64,000 nucleotides of DNA from Pelomyxa schiedti (taxonomy: Eukaryota > Protista > Evosea): positions 1-64,000 of the forward strand of contig JAHLWZ010000815.1 in assembly GCA_020536535.1 (NCBI GenBank). The letters are read 5' to 3'. Position numbers and translations under genes: made by a program. How positions within the stretch are numbered: the first letter of the stretch is position 1; the number at the start of each line of letters is the position of its first letter. Positions 1 to 12,029 of this stretch are shown piece after piece. The notes under the pieces are model-generated. The model did no database searches. It was not told the origin of the DNA and was given only the letters and a program-made list of their open reading frames with translations.

Positions 1-1138
1 ACCAATATTGTTACCTTTGTTTGTTTTGTTAGTTTCAGGTGGATTGATTGTGAGGAAGGTAGGAATGAATGGCAGTCAAACCAACGACATACCAGAAATA
101 TCCATGGACATGAGTGACTTGCTGGATGAAAGTGCCTGTGCAATGCTCGCTGCACCCTCGGCACCAATATGGTTACCTTTGTTTGTCTGTGAGTTTCAGG
201 GGATTGATCAGGAGGAAAGGAGGAATGAATGGCAGTCAGACCAACGACATACTGTAAAGATTCAGGGACACAAGTGACTCGTTGGATGAAAGTGCCTGTG
301 CAATGCTCGCTGCACCCTCAGCACCGATATTGTTACCTTTGTTTGTTCGGGAGTTTTCAGTTGGTTGGAGGAATGAATGGCAGTCAGACCAACGACATAC
401 AGTCAAGATTCAGGGACGCGAGTGACTTGTTGGATGAAAGTGCCCGTGCAATACTTGCTGCACCCTCATCACCAATATTGTTACCTGTGTTTTGTGAGTT
501 TTCAGGCGGTTTTATTGTGAGGAATGAGTGGGCACTCAGCAACAACATACCAGCCATCTCCAGGGACACGAGTGACTTGTTGGATGAAAGTGCCCGTGCA
601 ATGCTCGTTGCACCCTCAGCACCGACATTGTTACCTTTGTTTGTTTTGTGAGTTTCAGTTGGTTGGATTGGAAGGAAAGGAGGAACGAGCAGGCAGTCAG
701 ACCAACGACATACAGAAAAGATTCAGGGACACAAGCGACTTGTTGGATGAAAGTGCCCGTGAAATGATCGCTGCACCCTCATCACCGATATTGTTACCTT
801 TGTTTGTTTTGTGAGTTTCAGTTGGTTGGATTGTGAAGAAAGGAGGAATGAGTGGCACATCACACCGAAAGACATACCAGCCATATTCAGGGACACGAGT
901 GACTTGTTGGATGAAAGTGCCTGTGCAATGATCGCTGCGCCCTCGTCACCAATACGCCTCCCTGTGTTGTTTGTTTGTGAGTGTTGGTTGGTTGGAGCTG
1001 GAACATGCTGCTTATGTCCAGGCGTTTGCACGCGCATTTCGGGTGCTCTAGTGCACAACGCATCGCGTCCAGTGGTGCCAGATACCCCTCATCGATGAAC
1101 TCGGTGGCGTACAGTTGTTCCCAGACACCTGCACTCAT
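1..1138 (-). CDS. Ribonuclease-inhibitor-type (28-aa) leucine-rich repeat protein, one repeat per exon; runs off the window start
   Basis: First exon 1138-1009 (MSAGVWEQ...RLDIS). Then 84-nt exons at 961-878, 797-714, 634-551, 484-401, 336-253 and 176-93, each encoding a repeat like GNNIGDEGAASIARALSSNKSLASLNL. They are separated by phase-1 GTATGT...(A/C)AG introns. Confidence 0.9.
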
Positions 1139-1409
1139 CCCGTTCTCGATTTTAGTTTCTTCTTCTGTTTTTTTTCACCCCGGTAGGCAGAACCAACTTT
1201 TTCTCAGTCTGGTCCGCAGAAAAGCCTCAGAATGATCAGGTGTTCAGACTTATTATTGATGGTTATGCGAAGGGAAAGTAAAATTTTTGTCGGCAAAAAG
1301 GAAGGCGTACATCATAAAGGGGCACGCAAGGTACAAACACTTTATGTATTTACCCCCACCAATTGTGTGGGAAGCACACTTTCCCACATACAACAACAAA
1401 AGAACCAAA

Positions 1410-2527
1410 TGAGTAAATAATTCAATTTTCTGGTACAGATTTGACGGTTCCCCTTTAAAAAAAAATTCGAAAATAAATCAGTTTTATTTTTTTTCCTCTT
1501 CTTTTTGGACTTCGACCCACTTCCTAACTGGAGTCTCTGCCGTTGTTGTGTTTGGTGAGAATGTGCCAGCCTTGTGGGGTGCATGTGATTTATGAAGATG
1601 CCCAAACGATCTTCCTGAACTGTCGCGCCCCTCGTGAGAAAAGGGTCAAATGTCATTTTACTGTGAAACCATCAGTCCGGTTACAGATAGGGGAAAAAAA
1701 AACGCGTGTTCCCAGGTTTGATCCAACGGCCCAAGACAGAAAAAAGACTTGTTCCCCCACTACTCGCTCTTCTTTAAACCCGTCGCTCTTCTTTAAACCC
1801 GTCAGGGACAGTCGGCGAAATGAGTGCCGCCAGGTATTCATCGCCAATGTTCGTGAGCTGTAGTGAAAATCTTCGAGCTGAGGGAGGAGGCACCTGAGAC
1901 TGACGGAAACGATCTGTTAGGCGAAGAAGGGTTTTTTTTTCTTCTTCAACTGTCGCAAATCCGGCACCACCGGCTTTTGGCTCACACGACTGTACTCGTG
2001 CTTGTGGTCACAACGGGCCACGTCATGACCCACAGTTCGGCGGTCCTGGTGCACTCGATCCGATCTCGGGAAGGAGAAAAAAAAACCTTCGCCTAACAGA
2101 TCGTTTCCGTCACTCCTGCGGCTTAATTCCCAAACCAAGTGGTGCCATGCTGTCAGAACACTTCAGCATGTGGGAGTGAGTTGGAGTTTGGAAATGAAAA
2201 GCACGTTGAACAGGTCAATCCCGACAAAACGCGTTTTTTTTTTCTGATCTGATCCCCGACCGACAGTTTCACAGTAAAATTACATTTGACCCTTTTCTCA
2301 CGAGGGGCGCGACAGTTCAGGAAGATCGTTTGGGCATCTTCATAAATCACCTGCACCCCACAAGGTGGGCATATTCTCTACAAACACAGCAACGGCAGGG
2401 ACTCCCATCAGGAAGTCTGGGGAAATGAGGAAAAATAATTCGGCAAAAAGGAAAAAAAAAAGTGCACCAGATTGGTGAACTGTCAAATTTCCCCCCGATC
2501 GAACCAGAAAATTGAATTATTTACTCA
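1410..2527. repeat. About 1.1-kb imperfect foldback (long inverted repeat), probably a non-autonomous TIR element
   Basis: TGAGTAAATAATTCAATTTTCTGGT at 1410 pairs with its reverse complement ending at 2527. About 1520-1710 pairs with 2225-2415, and an inner stem at about 1900-1940 pairs with 2080-2112. Confidence 0.85.
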
Positions 2528-2611
2528 ATATAACCAGGAATTCAACATTCAACGAATAGTCAAAAAAAATTGAATTTAATGGACCAAACTCTGGCTAACC
2601 CCCTATTTATC

Positions 2612-2692
2612 AAAAATTTAATTTTATTGAATAAAATTAAAATAAATTTAATTTTATTGAATAAAATTAAAATAAATTTAATTTTATTGAAA
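2612..2692. repeat. AT-rich tandem repeat, 30-nt unit, about 2.6 copies
   Basis: AAATTTAATTTTATTGAATAAAATTAAAAT is repeated directly. Confidence 0.85.
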
Positions 2693-3292
2693 TCGGTCTT
2701 TATAAACACAGCAGAAACAAGCGGGAAAAAACCATAAATATATTTTTTTAACAAATCTCTGCCACAGGCACACAACAACAACAAAAAAAAAACCAGAAAC
2801 GCAATGTGGCTGGCAATTGTGGCTGGTTCTCATCACTTTGTGGCTGTCACTCACTCATCACCAAAATGTGGCTAATACTTGCCAGTGGAATCAAAAGTGT
2901 GGAATTATAAAAGGCCTTTCTTGTTAAGAGACCCTCCGTGTATGATACATTATGAGAGGTATCGCACTTTCTATTTCACAAAACAAACAATGAGCGCAGC
3001 ACTGAGAACAAACACCCAAACAAACAGAAAAATGGGAAAAAAAAAAAAAAAAAATCGCGCTCGGCACTTTGTTCTTGTCGTCGATGATTTCGTGTTAACA
3101 TCGAAGTGCGGGTTCGAGGAATCTGATGGTAATCGAGTGAGAAAAGAAAAAAAACCGTTGCGTAGATGAAGGTGCGGGTTAGCAAAAAAAGGGGTGAAGA
3201 GTGCGTGAATTGGGTCGTAACACATTTTGTGGGGTCTTAAGACTTGTGGATGGAAGACAAACACACGTGAACAAAATTGCCACAAATCCGAG

Positions 3293-5094
3293 ATGAACGA
3301 CATTGCCAATGTGCTTCCCCTAGCTTGTGGTGACACACTTCAGTATTCTTTCGATGAGAGGCAGTTGGCAATCTCCCAGGATTTGTCCCTCATGTATGGT
3401 ACCTCAGCTTTGTCAGATCAACATTGGACTGAGCCACCACTGCCTCAGCAGCGAGGATCAGCTCTGCTGGGGTCACAACAGGCACCACCACCACTGCAGC
3501 AGCAGTTGCAAGTGCTACAACAACAGCAGATCCCGGTCAGACCATTGGTGCAACAGCCTATAGTTCCACAGTCAGGAAGACGCAGGAATGTACAACAAAA
3601 CTCAACACCCACCCTCAGCACATCCACATCAACATCTGCAAGGCCAATTTCACAAGACAGAGCAAGAGTGGGGCCTGCAGATGCCAATCTCCCAGCAAAT
3701 GTGCAGGAGCTAATTACGAGGTAGTTCCATTTCCAATAGATTTGCTAGCTATTACTAAGATGTTCCTTCAGGCATCAACAGCAGGTGAATCGCATCTTGA
3801 GTGCTGCCCCACTTGCCCATACAACAGTTGTTGAGCCAGAAAAAGGACTATGGCCAACTTTTCGTGCTTCTCCTGCAGTTTCGTTTCCCTCTTTGCTTTC
3901 TTCCCGTTTTAATTAAAGCTGCAGGCCTTTTTCGCTATTGTACATTTTGATGTGTTTTGGTTCAACTCCTTCCTGAACGATGTTGTGCCCCGGATTGATT
4001 ATGGCCGCCGTGGTGCAAAGCCACAGATTTCAACAGCCGATGCTGTTTTGCTCTATTTTATGTGTCTATCAAATGGTTCCTCTGTGTACAAAACTGCAGC
4101 TCTCCAGCGGCTCTCTGGGAATCTTGCCCTGAAGGCAATTGAGCGGGTCAGAGAGGATGTAAGGTTGGTTCTGTGGCGGAGGTGGATTGAAAACCCTCCT
4201 ACACATCACCCTGACCCCACTGATCCAACATCCTACATAGCTGCTATTGGGGACCACACACCCATTATTGTGAACAAGCCCTCTGGTTCATGGGCCACAC
4301 AGGCTGAAATGTTTGATGCACATCACGGGTTCCATGCTGCTAAAAAGCATGTTGCTGTGCAGGCCACTCATCCTTACTATGCACGTGGCATTGGGAAGTG
4401 GTGCAAGGGGGCAAGGCATGACTATGCCGATCTTCAGACCTGTTGGGAGTTGTACAAGCCACTGCTGCGGAAAAGCCCTGAGGAACTACAGAGATATCCC
4501 CAGCGACCAACCTGGGCAGCTTTATTTGATTCTGGGTATATTGGCCCAGAACCCAGCGGGTATTTCTTTTCCCAAGTTTGTGTAAGTTAACTTTGACATA
4601 CAGGCTAAATAAAATTGCTATCCCACGAGAGAGTCATGCTGACCCTGATGTAGCTGCCTTGAAAAAGAAGCGGTACTTTTAAAACCAACCATCTCTCTGC
4701 AAACACTCAAACGAGCACAGTGTCGTTGTTGAACAGTTCTTTGGCCGGATGACAGTTTTATGGACCTCCTTGTTGATACCATACCGTTTTACTTTAGATA
4801 CACTGGACACAGATGTGGATGTGATGATACTTCTGACAAATGAGAATATCAAGTTTCCCTTTCTTCCCTTAATACAGTACACTTAATCTCCCAAGACTGG
4901 ACAACATGAATGCTGAAGACCTGAAGAATCACCAGAAGTATCTTGGCTTGTTGGCTGAGAATGCAGCCAAGGCCACAGCAAAAGCTGAGAAGAAGCGTGA
5001 GAAAGCTAAGGCAACCGCAGCAAAAAGGGCACGATTTTCAAAAAATGGTCCTGATGAGCCCACTGAGTCCCACTTCGCTACCTCCACCTCCTGA
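3293..5094 (+). mobile_element. PIF/Harbinger (IS5-like, DDE_Tnp_4-type) transposase gene with 5 introns, apparently intact
   Basis: Splicing introns 3721-3771, 3878-3918, 4560-4603, 4673-4720 and 4853-4895 gives one frame. It has an HTH-like region (DAVLLYFMCLSNGSS), IGDHT (D1), KGARHD, LFDSGYIG (D2), RVVVEQFFGRM (E) and LLTN. Confidence 0.85.
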
Positions 5095-5240
5095 TTCAAC
5101 CATCACCGGTGGCAGCACCCCGCGGGCCATGTTTCTGTTAATGCTGATCTGTTCGAATAGAACACCGTGTTAGAATAAAGAGGAACTTAGAAATTTTCTA
5201 GATCACGAAAGTTTCATCACCCTGTAAATCGGTTTTTGGG

Positions 5241-5326
5241 GAAATAACTCGAGTTATCAGGGGTAAACTCGATGTGGAAAACGAATTCATGCAGAAATAA
5301 CTCGAGTTATCTGGGGAAAACTCGAT
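5241..5326. repeat. Two direct repeats of about 33 nt with a palindromic core ATAACTCGAGTTAT, downstream of the transposase
   Basis: GAAATAACTCGAGTTATC(A/T)GGGG(T/A)AAACTCGAT at 5241 and 5294. Confidence 0.8.
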
Positions 5327-5393
5327 TTATTGGGTCTCCACCGAAGTCGTACCCCAAAAACTAGACTTTGTTCCAATAACAGGCTAACTTCAG

Positions 5394-5831
5394 TCAGTGC
5401 CAATCAGGGACTCGGTTTGGTGGACAGATATTGTAAGCAGATCGCCGAGGATCGAATTGCTGGGAATCGAAGGAAAAAAGATCAAAAAGATAAAGGGTAT
5501 CCAGGCAGGGATGAGTAAGTACCGGGTTATAACCATGCTCGTAAAGTGACGGAAAGCATGGCTCACCAAGCATCTCAACTACAATGGTCTCTATCATCTC
5601 GTCATTCCCCCCCGTGGCATCCCCGGTATCGGTTTCGTTTTCGTTTTCGTTTTCGTCCTCTTCCTCCTCGGCGTAGTCGTAGTCAGACTCGTCCTCTTCG
5701 AAGTTGAAACTGGGGGCGCCGACAACATTGCTTGTTGCATCAGTTGCGTGGGCGGATTCAGTTTGGTTGACTACGTCTCGCTCCGTCAACGAGGAAGCCG
5801 ACTCGGGTGTCGTACATGCACCGTATTCCAT
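5394..5831 (-). CDS. Hypothetical acidic protein (uncertain)
   Basis: 145-aa ORF with an E/D-rich tract and no recognisable domain. A plus-strand intron-like segment at about 5918-5950 makes the strand assignment ambiguous. Confidence 0.3.
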   Translation of the reverse strand: MEYGACTTPESASSLTERDVVNQTESAHATDATSNVVGAPSFNFEEDESDYDYAEEEEDENENENETDTGDATGGNDEMIETIVVEMLGEPCFPSLYEHGYNPVLTHPCLDTLYLFDLFSFDSQQFDPRRSAYNICPPNRVPDWH

Positions 5832-6299
5832 TCAACTGCTTGTTGGATTGGGTTTTGTTGCATTTTGTCTCGTGGTCATCGTCGCTCATATTAAGGTTTT
5901 TTGTGGCATGCTACACGGTAAGTTTTGTTTCTTTTTCTTTTTTGTTACAGGCAACAAATTGCGCCGAAACACAGAAGGCGAGGTGCATGAGATGGGGATC
6001 CTTCCAGCCCACAATGCTGTGTCTCCATTTATTGTAATGGATCAGGACGCGAATGCAACAGATACAAAGCTAGAACCACTCTTCTTGGTGGCAGGACTTT
6101 AGCCACAACCGCAGCCAGAACCCCAACCTGACCTGTGCAACAGTCAACAAGATGAAGGGCACCTCTAAAGCCCCACAGTCATTTCAGCTGCCATAGCCAT
6201 CTGCTTTCTCATATCTTTGATTTTTCTTCGAACCCAACAGAGTGGTTTGAGAAAAATTTTGGTACGTATCAAACAAGATCAACCAAACGACAAACGACC

Positions 6300-9200
6300 A
6301 TGTCCGTTTCTACCAAAGCCAAGTGCGCGTTGTGGGTGCTATCTCTCAAGTGCAAGCTGCCATCGTCCCATAATCTCGCGCAGGGCGCCCTCGCCGCCGG
6401 CTTGTGCACGCAGGCGGCGCTCTGCGCGTCGGCCGTCGTCTACGCCAGCGTCGTCACCAGGCACATCAGCGACGCGTGCGTGTGGTGGGGCGTCTCCGTG
6501 GGCGTAGCCGCCGGCCTTCTCGTGGCCGCCAACTTGGCGCTGAGCGGTGCTGTTTTTGGAGCCTGGAGGCTGGTGTCCAAGCACTCGGTGGCGCCAAAGT
6601 TCGTGCAATTCGGTGTGTGGGTGTTGCACCTCTTGTAATTGTGGGTTTTTTTTGTTGTTGTTGTTATTCCTTTTGACGAGGTTCGTAGAAGACAGGTTGT
6701 CCAGTTTGGAGGACAGAAGTTTGATTGACTCAAAATCAGTGAGTGGCCTTCCTACCTGTTGTTGAGGGGGACTAATCTGGTTCAGCCTTCAAATCTGAAG
6801 TACAAGATATTTATTGGTTGCGGCTCCGCTCTAGTCTTCATCGCATTTGTTATCTCTCTTTTTATCCTTATCGTTGTGGCCATTAATATTCCTGATGATG
6901 GGATCCCAGCACAAATCCCCGGTCTTTACGATGTAAGTTGCGTTCCCACGTATTTTGATTTACAATTGAATTATCAGGAAGTTGATATTACATACGATTC
7001 CAACGGGGTGCCACACATTTATGCCAGGAATTTGCATGATGGTGTCATGTCGATTGCCCTTGTCCATTCGCGAGATAGACTCTGGCAAATGGAGATGAGT
7101 AGGCGAATTGGATTAGGCACTATCAGCGAGATTCTCGGAAATGCGACCCTGGATGATGATATGTGCGTAAGCTCTTACATACTTTCTTTCCCCGTTGACA
7201 CTCAATCTCAGAGCCATGCGCACACTTGGAATTAATCGTGCAGTTAAGAGATCTGTTGCCACCCTGAGCAATGAATCCAGAGCGATATTGCAAGCTTATT
7301 GTGATGGGGTAAATGCGTTCCTGGATACTGACCCTCAGCTCCCTTTGGAATTCACTCTTCTTGGTGTAAAACCACGGCGATGGGAACTTGAAGACACAAT
7401 TTCCTGGCTCAAGGTTTAGTCGACGCCAACAGTAGCCCCAGTGTAACCACTCTCTTTGGGCCAGGTTATAGATCTATACATGGCTCATGATATCAGAAGG
7501 CAAGGAATATTCTGGAACTTTCTTACAAAACAGGGCCTATCATACAGCAGAATAATGGAGCTTTACCCAGCAATCAACAGGTACAATGAATGTTTTTCCT
7601 CCTCAAAACTAAGAAACATTTTTTCTCGCCTCTACAAGGACAGCAACAGCGACTACCCTCTCTCTTGAAGACATGGCCAATGGCCATGGCCCCACAGTTG
7701 GAGAAGTGTGCCCAGCCAGTGAAATTGATCCTCCTGAAATGATTGATTACATAAATAGCTTCATAAAGAAAATGCCCTCACCGTCATCCACTCCCACTGC
7801 AAGTCCAAGTCCCACCTTCCACAATACTTTTTCAGGAGGTGTCGAAGCATCCAACAACTGGGTGGTATGTGCTTGCATATGGCAATGAGCCTCTCAACAC
7901 TAATTAGGTCCATGGTAATATCACAGGGACTGGACCCATTCTGGCTAATGACCCTCATTTACAGTTCAGTTCTCCTGCAATATGGTACCAGGTGCACTTG
8001 GTTGTTGAAGGTCGAACTTGTGAACTCCTGAGAACAAGTTCAAGTAACATTGACTTTCCCTGCAGGACAGTATGATATATATGAGGCTACCTTCCCAGGA
8101 TTCCCACTTGGTCTCATTGGAAAAACTACACTTGGTTCATGGGGTGTTACAAACGGGGGTGTTGATGTGCAGGACTTGTAGGTAGCGCCAATGTGATGTT
8201 TGGCACAATTAATTAATCAAAGCTAACAATCAATTCTACAGGTATGTGATTGATACTGACCAGAACGACCCCAGTCGTTACATATATAATGGGTCAAGTC
8301 TCTCCTTCATTACAGAAACAGAAGAGATACTTGTCAAAGTAGTTGCAGACTTTCTTGTTTGTTACTGATAAAAATTATCAGGACTCCTCTCCGTACATTC
8401 TCAATGTGAGGCTCACTCAAGATGCAATGCCAATTCTCACGGATAACTATATGGACAGCAATGGTGATACGGTTCTTGCACTGAAGTGGGCTACAATAGA
8501 TCCCACCATCATTGACACCACAATGGATGCACTGTCTATGATCAATTTCAACCTGAGTGATTGGGAATCATTCACTGAAGCTGTAAGGTAACTTACCTTT
8601 TCCATCCTACTTTACAATGTTAAATAACCTTTAGCCTACTTATTGGACCGGTCTTGAACCTTGTATTTACGTCCAGTAATGGAGGTATTTATCACGATAT
8701 GCACTTACACTCCCTCACTGATAAATAGATATTGGGTACCGTTTGGGAGGTTTGGTTCCTCAAAGACGAAGTGGATATTCTGGAAAGTTTCCTGTTCCTG
8801 GGAATGGAAGGTGAGACCTCCCTTGTTTGCTTAGACACCAAAAAGAAGCCAGTTATGAGTGGACCGGTTATATACCTTTTGATGAGTTGCCATGGTCACG
8901 GAACCCTCCCAAGGGTTGGCTTGCAACGGCTAACAACATGATCACACCAGTTGGATATGAGAAACCAGGCTGTGTGAGTACATTCTTTGGTTTTCTGGTT
9001 TCCTGACCGCCAGCTTTAGATCCTTCCCGGGTGCTTTGATGTTCACTTCAGAGAACAGCGAATATCAGACTCACTTCGAGACCTTTCGTCGAGGAAGCTG
9101 CGCAACATCACTGCTTTTGATATGCAAAATCTTCAAATGGACTCGGTTTCGATGAGGTTCCAATCCCTCATCCCTGTGCTGCAGCAGCTGCAACTCCACC

Positions 9201-10015
9201 CAGAGTTGCTGTCAGCCGAGTCCCAGGACTGGGTTGACAACTTGCTATTGTGGGACGGCGTTTCCTCCATAGGATCGCACGAGGCGGCGGTGTTCAATTC
9301 CTGGGCCCAGGAACTCCTGCGGGTGGACAAAAACGAAACCGGGCAGGATCAGTGGGGCTCATATTTCAACGCGTGGATGCACATTGTCAGTACCTTCACA
9401 GGACAGGTTTATCTCCGGTCCCACAATGCATTCCCCCAATAAGACACAGGAAAACAATCCCGGCTGTGAGGGAGACTGCACCGCATTTGCAGCCAGAGCG
9501 TTCAACAATGCGTTCAAAAGAGTTGGGTCCTCTGATCAGTGGGGGTATGTGAATCCCATTTCCACTTTCGCGTTCACATTCACGTTCTTAACGTTCAATC
9601 AATCGCGCACTGCAAGCAATCCCATAATGACTACCAACCAAACAGAGTGACGGTACACCAAGCCGCGTTCAACCACCTCGTGATGAACTCGGCGCCGTCG
9701 CCGATACGCTGTGTGTTCAACCGGCACGTGGCCGACGGCGGCGACTGCGACACCGTGCAGTCCGCGTGCCCCGCGGACTCGGACGACATGCAGTGCACGG
9801 CGGGGCCGGGGTTCCGCGCAGTGTTCTCATACGAGGACGACGCGGGAGAGGGCATTATGGGAGCGGCGGCGACGGAGTGGATGTTGTCTCTGGGGCAGAG
9901 TGGGAACCCACTGTCGTCACACTATGACGACATGATGAAGGTGTGGTCACAAGGCCAGCTGTTTGAGGCCACCTCCTACACTGTTGAATCCACATACCAC
10001 ATTTCACCCAGGTGA
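6300..10015 (+). CDS. Penicillin acylase family Ntn-hydrolase (peptidase S45) with N-terminal transmembrane segments, multi-exon
   Basis: Motifs GVPHIYA, RDRLWQMEMSRR, LQAYCDGVNAFL, the catalytic SNNWV (Ser at 7850), PILANDPHL, WGVTN, ATANN and GQSGNPLSSHYDD. Confidence 0.93.
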
Positions 10016-10144
10016 CGGAAGAAGTCAATGAAAGTCACTCATCTATCCCTACAACTATCAACCAAACAACCTCCACTATGTTTTTTAAAGGAACTACAAT
10101 CTACACCACAAAGAGTCACTCCAAAAAAAGTTCGCGTTTGGGTG

Positions 10145-11803
10145 ATGAGTTTCCTCTTCAAGAAGAAGCCGGAGGCACCAAAGCCCGTCGGCGTGCTCAC
10201 GATCCTTGTCATCGAGGTGTGCACGTGTTATGAATTATGGGTCTTGTTTGTAGTATCAAATTCACGTATAACGCATGGTTTTGTACCACAGGGCAGAGAC
10301 ATAAAACCAAATACAATAGGTTTTCTTTATGTTTTTTTTAATTAATTTTCAATCATTAAACATCAAGCACACTAGGAGGAAGGGATCCTTATTGTGAAGT
10401 CAGACTGAGGACAAGTGGGCAATTTGCCCCTGTTTTTCTTACTACTGTATGCGCTAAAACTCTTACTCCAAAGTGGAACCAAGAAGTTATTTAGTACGCC
10501 GTTTTATTGCTTCTGTTATTACTTGCCGGTTTCTACCACTACTAACCACGATACAGTCAAATAATGAATCCTAAAACCGACTGTGCTGAGATACGCCTTT
10601 ACGACAAGAACAAATTTCAGGCCAGTGAATTACTTGGGGTCATTGATTTGCCTGTTACGCAGCAGGTAACTTGACACTTTCTGTTGTACATTACATGGTC
10701 TTATTCCACAAAAAAAAACAAAGCTAGGAAAACCTCATCAGGATGGATGGTACATACCAATCTGCTCCCATTGTTTGATGCATAAAACAAAAATAGGTGG
10801 GATTTAATGGACCCAGTCAGAAGGACTCAACCTGCCAAAGGGGCAATCCACCTTGTAGTTATGTACAGTGGAGACCAACAAATTGAGCCACGTAATGATT
10901 TTTTGCCTCTTTCCCGCCTCTCATTCCATTTAAGCATTACCACCTGGTTGGATAACTAAAACTGATCAACACAAACGTGTCTTCTATGTAAACACTCAAA
11001 CAAATGCTACAACTTGGATTCCTCCTGCTGCAGGTGACTCTTCTTAGCGATGTTCTTGATTTATGTCTTTTTAATACCCGTTTAGAACCCCTTGCTACCC
11101 CGTTAGCACAGTCAACAATGCGCCAGTCGGGGCCAGTTCAATCAGGTCCTGCTACGACCAGCCTAGCCACATCAACTACTGTTGTGACAACAACAACAAC
11201 GACACCAACAGCAACGCCTATGATGCCTGAATATCAGTACTCTGTTGTGCCAGCTAGTGCTCCACCAATGGAATATGATCAACCAAATCCACCTCCTCCT
11301 GAAAATCAGATGCAACCTGGATTGTATCCCCAATTTGCGGAAGGTAAGCCCATTGCTTCACCTCGTAATCCTTTTAATCTCTGAACCAGGATACCCACCA
11401 GGCTATCCTCCCGGCTTTCTTCCTCCCGGTTATCCTCCACAAATGATACCGCAGCCACAACAAACAACCAGGCCTACTGCAGCTCCCCCACCCCAAATGG
11501 TACAAGTTCCAATGGGTTCCCAAATGCCGCCACAGCCACAGCAGCAACCACAACCGATTGGTACGTATGACATGAGAGGATTCCTTGAGAGTAATGGATT
11601 ATCTCACTTAGTTGTATGTATCTCTCACTTTTGGAAGAATTCTCATCTTCCAATAGGCACTGTTCGAGAAAGAACGAATTGACATGGAAGTTCTTGTTGC
11701 AATGAGCGCGGATGAACTCAGGCAACTGGGAGTGGAATCATTTGGGGACAGGAAAAAAATCGAGCTTGCTCTCTCCCGCCTGAAGTCTTCGTCTTCATTC
11801 TGA
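10145..11803 (+). CDS. C2 + WW + Pro-rich + SAM domain protein
   Basis: C2: VLTILVIE...DPYCEV...PKWNQ...YDKNKFQASELLG. WW: LPPGWITKTDQHKRVFYVNTQTNATTWIPP. SAM: FLESNGLSHL...FEKERID...LRQLGVESFGDRKKI. Confidence 0.85.
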
Positions 11804-12029
11804 TGAGAACCCTTGTGTTGAGGCTTTCTTTGTATTTGTGGGGAAAAAAAAAAAACAAAAATTACACAAAGACCTAAACACACTTAACACCGCCGATCCT
11901 GGCTTTGTACACAGACTTGTATCAATTATAAAAATGTGGCGCAACCTCACCACATAGTGTGTACTGTGGAACGAAGAGGGAAAAACAAGAGTAAGAAAGA
12001 ACAAACACCTTTCTTGTTCATTCTCTTTC

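Noticed and set aside
1-961. Regular repeats with a period of about 150-164 bp, as a possible CRISPR array
   Set aside because: The units are coding LRR exons plus homologous introns. There are no unique spacers or cas genes, and the context is eukaryotic.
2928-5338. GAGACCC/GGGTCTC as definite transposon TIRs
   Set aside because: The match is only 7 bp and the flanking trinucleotides (TAA vs CAC) do not form a TSD. It is kept only as a hint.
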